From Octopus sinensis (lineage: Eukaryota), in contig NW_021825406.1 of assembly GCF_006345805.1 (NCBI RefSeq), positions 1-15,794 of the forward strand: a DNA stretch of 15,794 nt, written 5' to 3'. The notes below the pieces were generated by a model, which was not told where the DNA came from, did not search any database, and saw only the letters and a program-made list of their open reading frames with translations. Shown here piece after piece: positions 8,590 through 15,794 of this stretch; positions within the stretch are counted from its first letter, which is position 1, and every line of letters begins with the position of its first letter. The position numbers were made by a program, and so were the translations under genes.

Positions 8590-8752
8590 TAGAAAGCGAA
8601 GAAGGAGAAGAAAACAAAGAAGACGAAGAAAAAAAAAGATAAATTACCAAAGTAAGACTAAGAACAAAAGGAAACAAGATTGTGAAGTAAACGAAAAGGA
8701 TATACAAGAAGAACGAGTAGAAGAAGAAGAAGAAGAAGAAGAAGAAGAAGAA

Positions 8753-8799
<47 letters not shown>

Positions 8800-9085
8800 A
8801 GAAAAAGTAGAAGAAGAAGGAGAAGAAGGAGAAGAAGGAGAAGAATAGAAGAAGAAGGAGAAGGAGAAAGAAGAAGAAGTAGAAGAAGAAGAGAAGAGAA
8901 GAAGAAGAAGAAGAAGAAGAAGAAGGAGAAAGAAGAAGAAGAAGGAGAAGGAGAAAAGAAGAAGAAGAAAGAAGAAGAAATGAGAAGAGAAGAAGAAGAG
9001 AATAAAAGAAAAGAAGAAGAGAAGGAGAATAAGAAGAAGACGTTGAAGAAAGGAAAATAAAAAGAAGAATAAGATAAGAAGAACA
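8590..9085 (+). repeat. Imperfect (GAA)n tract, about 500 bp; pure (GAA)18 at 8720-8773
   Basis: Seen directly; explains the poly-E and poly-F/L ORFs. Confidence 0.97.
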
Positions 9086-9479
9086 AGAAGAAATAAATGT
9101 AATGCACAAATTGCAGGCCTTCTGCTTATAGTTGAAAATGATATAGAGTAGCGAAGAATTCAATATGAAGTAAAAGTAGAAAATCCAAAACAGCATCTAT
9201 TGATATTTCTTTTTGTGATTTTTTCCCCCGTCAACATTTTTCAAGGAAAAGGAAAGATTCTGGATGTTTCCCAAGCAGTTCTTAAAATAATTGGTTCAAT
9301 AAGTATTGAACGAGGAAATGTGCTCAACTTTTCAAAAATATTGGACAAACTTACAACGGGGCTACTTTTATTTAATTTTTCTGTGGGGGTTTTTTGCTAA
9401 AGCAAAACTAAAATTTCCGAATCGATGTTTTTTTCTCTTTTCATGGAATCGATTGAGCATCGGACGAACTGCTTCGCAT

Positions 9480-9760
9480 TTCTGATTTTATACTCTGTGT
9501 TGTGAATTCTGCGGACGCTAAATTTTGTAAGTTATTCTTCTGAGATCGATAATTTAAGTTAATAATCATTAACTGGGTTCAATAGTATTGAGTAACCTCG
9601 TTCGCTAAACACTGCCGACCCGAAATCAGAAGCCATTACCTTTTAAGGGTGGTTATCTGTCAAAAATGTTAGAACGTCGGTACAATATGCGTCTTGGTAT
9701 AAATTTCAACACGATGCATAATGGCAGTACTATAAAACCTAAAGTTAGATGGTCTTTCGC
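9480..9760 (-). mobile_element. Possible decayed PLE thumb fragment of another subtype
   Basis: IYTKTH...F*HF(fs)DNHP*KV...FSERGYS (9704->9592) echoes recalled VYRKPTHTxxYLHFxSNHPxxVK...FxxRGYP. Inference. Confidence 0.4.
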
Positions 9761-9916
9761 TTCATCATTTTGGTCACAAAATCTGTATTCGGAGACTGCG
9801 CCAATTTCATACTATAAACTTCAAAGTCTTTGCTAAGTTTAGCCGTCTCGTGCTGTTTAGTAGGTTTCCTGTTTTCTTTTCAGCCAATGAATTGTTTTCT
9901 AGTCATCGTGGACAAC

Positions 9917-9919
9917 ATA

Positions 9920-9957
<38 letters not shown>

Positions 9958-9996
9958 TAATATATAATATAATATTTGTATATACATTATATATAT
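9917..9996. repeat. (TA)n microsatellite
   Basis: Seen directly. Confidence 0.95.
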
Positions 9997-9997
9997 G

Positions 9998-10202
9998 TAT
10001 TTAATCCCAAAAGAAAACACAAAAAAACAAAAAAACACAACACGCGAGGACGTAGAACAAAATAAGTATTATTGGACGCTCAGGAAAGAAGGGAAGAAGG
10101 AGGATTTGACGTTTCGAGCGGAGCTCTCGTCGGAAACATGGAGAAGCAAGATCCCCGAGAAGGGAAGACGGAGGAAAAAATCGCCAGCGGTACTCACGAG
10201 GT
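9998..10202 (-). mobile_element. ~205-bp hammerhead-bearing element between (TA)n arrays; probable PLE pseudo-LTR or non-autonomous derivative
   Basis: GC-richer island with sharp edges against (TA)n on both sides. Contains a compact hammerhead-like fold and a pyrimidine-rich 3' part on the minus strand. The PLE link rests on the established association of minimal hammerheads with PLE pLTRs. Confidence 0.55.
10104..10137 (-). ncRNA. Minimal type-I hammerhead-ribozyme-like motif (CCGACGA core, palindromic loop-less stem III)
   Basis: Minus strand: gttt-CCGACGA-gagc-tcc-gctc-GAAA-C-G-T-C-aaat. Stem I gttt/aaat (3 WC + 1 GU), stem II 4 bp, stem III ACGU palindrome, GUC triplet; predicted cut between 10108 and 10107. 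Confidence 0.65.
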
Positions 10203-10268
10203 CATATATATATTGTTGTATTTATACATGTATATGTATTTGTGTATATGTATGTACATATATATGTA

Positions 10269-10344
<76 letters not shown>

Positions 10345-10345
10345 T
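10203..10345. repeat. Compound (TA)/(TATG)/(TATC)/(TA) microsatellite
   Basis: Seen directly. Confidence 0.95.
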
Positions 10346-10615
10346 AACGAGCATTGTAATAGCGTATTGTAAGGTTTTTCGCCATTCTTTGCAAATAGTG
10401 TCTTCATGCTACAGTTTAGAAACGATAACTGACGACAAACAAAGCAAAAAACAAACCGATTATGATGTCAAATAATCCACTCCAGTTTTACCAAATTATG
10501 AATATCGCAGCAACACAGGAAGCCATGTCTATTTTTACTTTCATATCATGTCTCCTACTAATTATTTTCAGAAAACAATTGTTATAGAAACTGAAACTTA
10601 ATGTTTCCTCACACT

Positions 10616-10665
10616 TTCTCTCTCTCTCTCCTCCTTCTCTCCTCTTCTCCTCTCTCTCTTTTCTC
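10616..10665. repeat. (TC)n/(CTTCT) microsatellite
   Basis: Seen directly. Confidence 0.9.
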
Positions 10666-11169
10666 TTTGTCTCAGAACAAGTAATCACACATAATGCAAA
10701 AGGCTTTTCTGTTAGATATACATGAATGGCACGGAAGCATTTGGAATCAGCAGGGTTCTGAAGTGTGCATAATCACTTCATGTGTATGGTAGATCAAATC
10801 TAATGAAGCATTTGTATATCTTGCAATTTCCATGCTCAGTTGAAATATAATTTATAATTAGGATTTCAAAAACAACCAATGTTATAATTAGCTATAATTA
10901 GCAACACATTATCAGTAGTATTTCTTCCCTTTTGTTTTAGAATACGAAAGATCTTACATTCATGACAAACCCATCTGCCGTATATACATTTTAATTACTT
11001 ATTTTGTACACTAACATTTTATTGTGATATTTGAAAATGTTAAGGACTGATTTTGCGGTGCTTCAGTTGAAGGTAAAATACATGGACGTGGGCCCTGAAC
11101 ATCTTGTGTGTCAGTTTTGCTATGGGATAATCTATAATAATATACAATTTCAAGTCTTGAATATATCAA

Positions 11170-11265
<96 letters not shown>
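11170..11265. repeat. (TATC)n microsatellite, about 24 units
   Basis: Seen directly. Confidence 0.98.
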
Positions 11266-11267
<2 letters not shown>

Positions 11268-11330
11268 ACTTGCTTTCCCCTTTACACCATACATCATGAC
11301 ACTGTGGATATACACGATCCCTATTGATCG

Positions 11331-11540
11331 TTTTCTTTCCTCTTCCCATTTTTTCCTCTTTTTCTTTTTTTTTTCATTTTTTTTTTTTTTTTTTCATTTG
11401 CTTTGCTTTGTTCCTTTTCCCTTTTTCTTTTTTACTTTTGTCTTTTTTCCCTTTTACGATCCTTTTGATCGAAAACCTACGCGCCACCCTTTTTTTTTAT
11501 TCTTTTGTTTTTTTTTGTTTTTTTGTTTTGTTTTTTTTTC
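11331..11540. repeat. T-rich low-complexity tract
   Basis: Seen directly; source of Phe-rich ORFs. Confidence 0.9.
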
Positions 11541-11559
11541 ATCCCAAAAGAAAAAAGCT

Positions 11560-11610
11560 CTACCTTGAACTTGTCCCATCTGTGTGCAGCCCTGTGTGGC
11601 CAATAAAGAA
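11560..11610 (+). mobile_element. Isolated SINE 3'-tail fragment related to family 1
   Basis: cttgtcccatctgtgtgcagccctgtgtggccaataaagaa resembles the tails at 7603-7650, 8005-8048 and 15370-15410. Confidence 0.6.
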
Positions 11611-11689
11611 CTTATCTATCGATCGATCGATCTTTCATTCTTTCTTTATCTCTGTGTGTACAAAATAAATAAATATATATATATATGTA

Positions 11690-12030
11690 TTAGCTTCATA
11701 CGACTAATTAGAAATACGGGTGGATATTCTTATATATTAGCGAAATCCCCGCACGGAAAATCATGGATTGTAACCACGCACACGTTAGTCTCGGACTATT
11801 GTTTTCCTTCTCTCCGGATCATTCCCTGTCTTCTTTCTGACAAAGATTCATGCTTGAAGTATCACACCGTAATGAAAGAAAAACATTTTTCCGACTTACA
11901 CACACACACATACACACACACCATTCTTCAACAAGGGAAACATCTTCGGATGACAACGGGTCCATCGCAGTCCGACGATGAGTTAGCTAGCCGAAACCTC
12001 GAAGTCACTTTCAACAAAATTCTTTTATAA
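11690..12030 (+). mobile_element. Element carrying one recognisable and one decayed hammerhead-like motif; probable PLE pLTR remnant
   Basis: Motif at 11969-12009, plus decayed ttt-CTGACAA-agattcatgctt-GAAG at 11834-11859 whose upstream context (ccttctc...ggatc) resembles the 9998-10202 element. Confidence 0.4.
11969..12009 (+). ncRNA. Type-I hammerhead-ribozyme-like motif (CCGACGA core), stem II weak
   Basis: agt-CCGACGA-tgagttagctagcc-GAAA-C-ctcgaa-G-T-C-act. Stem I agt/act; stem III 2 bp within near-palindrome ACCTCGAAGT (8/10 self-pairing); GUC triplet, predicted cut after 12006. Confidence 0.5.
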
Positions 12031-12140
12031 GGATAATAAATTTGTACTCTACTACGCAAGTATAGCTTAATCCATCAGATTAATGTAAAATTGTTTTTAT
12101 AGCTGAACATAGAAGCAGACATGGATTCATATAATACATA

Positions 12141-12142
<2 letters not shown>

Positions 12143-12190
<48 letters not shown>

Positions 12191-12393
12191 ATATATATAT
12201 GTATATATATATATTATAATAACATACACACAACACAAACAACACACAGACACACAGACAACATACACAGACACACACACACACACACACACACGCCCCA
12301 CACATCACACACCACACACACACACATATATTATATATATATATATATATATATTATATACTATATATATATATATACTATATATATATATAT
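12143..12393. repeat. Compound (TA)/(CA)/(TA) microsatellite
   Basis: Seen directly. Confidence 0.97.
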
Positions 12394-12453
12394 TCTGGCC
12401 TGTTCATCATCTCTTATACGTCCCTTCTCTATCCCAAGAGCTCTTTGCTTATA

Positions 12454-12600
12454 GGTTTCCCTTATTACCTCCAGTATAATCCTACATGTCTTCCCTTTCT
12501 GTTTCACTTACGCCAACACCATTTCTTTCAACGTCACTTCTTACACACCAACTTTACTCCTTTTTATTCTCTCTCTCTCAGTCACTATCTTAACTTGCAC
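12454..12600 (+). repeat. Unclassified pyrimidine-rich ~140-bp repeat, copy 1 (copy 2 at 14787-14923)
   Basis: Shares tcttccctttctgtttcactt and an identical 34-mer ccaacaccatttctttcaacgtcacttcttacac (12513-12546 / 14846-14879). Confidence 0.9.
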
Positions 12601-13254
12601 CCATTACTTAAATATCGTACACGATATAACACCCACCGATAGCAAAAAAAAAAAATATATATGTATAAAAATCCCAAAGATCCCACAAAATTGTTCTTTT
12701 CTTTCTCTCTCTCTCCCTCTCTCTCTCTCTCTCTTGTGAACATTACATTTACATGCAATTCTTATTATTGCATTCTCAGAATATGGTAATGTTAACTTCC
12801 TGGATTCCACACACGAAGCTACCGTTTTATTTATTTATTATTGTAGAGATTTTGTTCTTGCCATTATCACTGTTTTTCTCTCTCGTAGTCGTTACTATTG
12901 CTATAATTATTTCAATCCGTTTCTCTTCAGTAACAATTTAATTTTTTTTTTCTTTTAGGCTGTTGCGTAATTTTGTTGATTTTTTTTTTTCATTGGTGTT
13001 TCTTTTTTTAATTTTTTTTATTTTTTTACAGTACCTTTTATTCCAATTTCTAATTCATCCATCTTCCGCCTATAATGGTTTTATGGCACACATTTCCGAA
13101 CGGCGAATTACCGTTTCTCACATAATAGACCCCTCATATAATCAGGGGACGTACAAACGGAATTGTCATTGCGCTGCTCCACACCCACGTAATATTGTTC
13201 GTTTTAAGTGGGTGCTGTTAACACACTTATCATTATTAATAATATTACAATAGC

Positions 13255-13255
13255 A

Positions 13256-13308
<53 letters not shown>

Positions 13309-13352
13309 ACTACTACTACCACTACTACTACCACTACTACTACTACTACTAC
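13255..13352. repeat. (TAC)n microsatellite
   Basis: Seen directly. Confidence 0.97.
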
Positions 13353-13464
13353 AAGAAAGTAAGTTGGACTGAGTCAATTATTCATTGCAATTTCTGTCCA
13401 AAATCAACCCAAGTGCTTTGCGGAACGGTTTTCTACGAAAAAGTAGTATCATCGTCCTCATAAT

Positions 13465-13470
13465 CATCAA

Positions 13471-13501
<31 letters not shown>

Positions 13502-13543
13502 GTCGGTCGTCGTCGTCGTCGTCGTCATCACCGTCATCATCAG
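13465..13543. repeat. Compound (CAC)/(CAT)/(CGT) trinucleotide array
   Basis: Seen directly. Confidence 0.92.
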
Positions 13544-13665
13544 CGCTGTATCAGTTTCCCCATCATCATAATGGTCGTCCATTCTCAAAAGGAGAGGATC
13601 TAAACGACGGCAAACATTTATTTACGATTCTATTGGAAGATTGAATACCTTTGCATGTGTCTACG

Positions 13666-13859
<194 letters not shown>

Positions 13860-14228
13860 GGTAAACAGTAAAAATAATTACAGACATGGACAAGAACATG
13901 AAACACCACAGAGACGACACAAGAACCATAGGACGGGACATTGGAAGCCCTCAGTCATCAGTCAAGAACCAGATCATCTTAGCAATTTCGGCTGATTAAT
14001 CTTGAGATTGCTCCGATTTGGGCAGCCCGCCAAGGGAAATCTAAGCCAAGCGCATTATTTGGTGAAATAGAAAGATGAATAATCTTGTTGCAGATTAATC
14101 AAAAGTTTAACCGATACCTTGGTAGCAAAAATCACAGCAGAAGACAGCACGGTTGGAGGTACAACCAAATGCAATAAAACGATTTCTGTTCAATCTTCGT
14201 TCAACTCCATTTCTTCAATTCACTAATA
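13860..14228. mobile_element. Unclassified ~370-bp island between (TA)n arrays, probably an interspersed repeat
   Basis: Sharp boundaries against (TA)n on both sides. Single copy in this window, so repeat status is inferred (recalled similarity to octopus repeats). Confidence 0.35.
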
Positions 14229-14261
<33 letters not shown>

Positions 14262-14333
14262 ATCTATATATATCTTCATCAGCAGGTCGGGCTCTCCCTC
14301 TCGCTCTGTATATGGATGTGTATAAATAAATAA

Positions 14334-14365
<32 letters not shown>

Positions 14366-14476
14366 CTTTATGTTTTGTATATATATATGTGTGTGTGTGT
14401 GTATACTTTATTTATCTACTGATATAAATAAATACAAACACACACACAGACACACACACAGACACACACACACACC
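14229..14476. repeat. (TA)n, (TG)n and (CA)n microsatellites with a short unique spacer (14275-14330)
   Basis: Seen directly. Confidence 0.9.
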
Positions 14477-14539
14477 ATTAATGCATACCACTCACTGTTG
14501 CTCGGGTGTTATGATCTACAGCCACACTGTATTATTTGT

Positions 14540-14780
14540 ATTCTTCTTATGACCAGAATCGTTGAGGTGTCCTAATTGCAGAAATAAGGTACATGGAAGG
14601 AAAGCTGCTTCATTGTGAAAAGCATCATCTCTAATGTTTTGGCAGACAGCACACTTGAACATATGTTATGTGAAACCGACAATTCGTTTGGGGTAAACTA
14701 TGTTTTGCATAAGCCAACTGTTGATAGAATAAATGTGCATGTCATCTGCACTGATAAGTCGAGGGCATGCGGCAAATAGG
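14540..14780 (-). mobile_element. Possible decayed PLE linker/GIY-YIG fragment
   Basis: CPRLISADD...PKRIVGFT*HMFKCAVCQNI...LPCTLF (PKR at 14692->14684) echoes recalled CPFISxA...GPKRSVKITDHFTCTSANVIYCIxCTLC. Inference, weak. Confidence 0.35.
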
Positions 14781-14786
14781 TTTACT

Positions 14787-14923
14787 GGTTTCGCTTATTA
14801 TCTCCAACATATTCCTACACGTCTTCCCTTTCTGTTTCACTTCCACCAACACCATTTCTTTCAACGTCACTTCTTACACTTCACCATCGCTCCTTTTCTC
14901 TCACACAGTCACTTAACTTGCAC
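14787..14923 (+). repeat. Unclassified pyrimidine-rich repeat, copy 2
   Basis: Direct repeat of 12454-12600. Confidence 0.9.
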
Positions 14924-15049
14924 ACACAAGAAACGCAGGGTTTTTGTAAAATGAGTCCCACAATTTTAAAAGTTAGGCCCTGAGCTTTGTTCCTTGTCAT
15001 ACAAAAAGCACAATCGCATTTGGAACTGGGGGCACTTGAACTCATCCCT

Positions 15050-15118
15050 TTATCCAGGAAACGAAACTACAATATTCCGATCATGTGTCCCACGCATTAA
15101 CCACTATGCCACATGCAT
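15050..15118 (-). mobile_element. Degenerate tRNA-derived SINE head
   Basis: Minus strand gcatgtggcatagtggtt (A box) ... gtttcgtttcctgga (B-box-like), similar to the heads of families 2 and 3. Confidence 0.6.
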
Positions 15119-15202
15119 CCAATACACATGCATCTATATACATATATACATACACATATACATACATCCAAACAATATAAACATATACTCATACATTTTT
15201 TT

Positions 15203-15535
15203 CTCCTCTGGAGCGTTGCACAATCGGTTTCCGCTTATCAATTAAAACCGGCATATTCGAGTATCCGCCGCAGTCAACTTTGCCTTTCATTCTTTCGGGG
15301 TCGATAAATAAATTACCAGTTTCGCACCGGGGGCGATATAATCGATTCAATCCCTTCGTCTGTCCTTGCTTGTCCCCTCTATGTTTAGCTCCTTCTGGGT
15401 AGTAAAGAAATATATATTAGAAGTAAGATCAAATTCCGCCGATGTCGACTTTGTGGTCGATAAATTAAGTACCAGTTGCGTTCTGGGATTGATCTAATCG
15501 ACCGCTCCCTTCCTCAAAATTTTCAGGCCTTGAGC
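15203..15535 (+). mobile_element. Family-1-related SINE (15203-15410) followed by a partial second unit (15428-15535)
   Basis: Central domain gtcaactttgcctttcattctttcggggtcgataaa and tail gggtagtaaagaaa; second unit begins atcaaattccgccgatgtcgactttg. Confidence 0.85.
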
Positions 15536-15570
15536 CTCGAATACAAAAGTAGTCAGTTAAGGCGAGACAG

Positions 15571-15794
15571 TGTCACATGACAACTTGCTGGGGCTGCCTG
15601 CTGGAGTCTATGCGGCAGGTATTTAAAAGGAGAAATTTGACAAGTCAGTCAGTCACCGGCTGACACTCGCTGACGATACATCGAAGAGGCCAGGGAACAG
15701 AAGAAAGAAGAGGAAAGGAGACATGCACCCAAACCAGAGCTGAAGACACCTCCGAAAAGGGGGGGGGGCCGCCACATCAAAACGGTAGAGAAGT
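15571..15794 (+). promoter_or_regulatory. Possible LTR 5' part or core promoter (TATA-like box plus Inr), truncated by window edge
   Basis: Starts TGTCA (tgtca-ca-tgaca). TATTTAAA at 15620-15627 and tandem TCAGTC at 15645-15654, about 27-31 nt downstream. No PBS, second LTR or ORF visible. Confidence 0.3.

Noticed and set aside
10921-11080. Possible small host exons (acceptor ttttgttttag at 10940; gactgattttgcggtgcttcagttgaag|gtaaaa at about 11046-11073)
   Set aside because: The first has a weak donor and the second a weak acceptor; the peptides are too short to recognise. Needs spliced reads.
13935-13965. Hammerhead core CTGATGA on the minus strand
   Set aside because: No GAAA (reads ccaat) and no stem I pairing.
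14733-14760. RT catalytic-like ISADDMHIY on the minus strand
   Set aside because: No flanking RT motifs; the context fits a PLE linker/EN remnant better, and a chance match is likely.
15740-15757. CTGAAGA...GAAA hammerhead-like spacing
   Set aside because: The 7 nt between (cacctcc) cannot form stem II, and no stem III or UH triplet follows.

Overview
AT-rich, repeat-saturated eukaryotic non-coding DNA (intergenic or deep intronic). It is probably from an octopus or other coleoid cephalopod, an inference from recalled SINE families and microsatellite style. No intact protein-coding gene, rRNA, true tRNA gene or CRISPR array is supported, and nearly all ORFs in the supplied track are microsatellite, low-complexity or repeat translations. 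The window contains: (i) many decayed Penelope-like retroelement (PLE) fragments (RT core, thumb, linker, GIY-YIG endonuclease, N-terminal region), recognised by eye from recalled motifs across stops and frameshifts; (ii) at least three tRNA-derived SINE types, including nested insertions with readable target-site duplications and an inverted pair able to form a ~230-bp duplex; (iii) three hammerhead-ribozyme-like motifs in apparently unrelated elements, all with a CCGANGA core instead of canonical CUGANGA; (iv) a perfect 28-bp inverted repeat 1.6 kb apart and several local duplications; (v) abundant TA, CA, TATC, GAA and TAC microsatellites; (vi) a possible LTR or core promoter at the right edge. 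All protein-family assignments come from memory of motifs, not from searches, and need confirmation.
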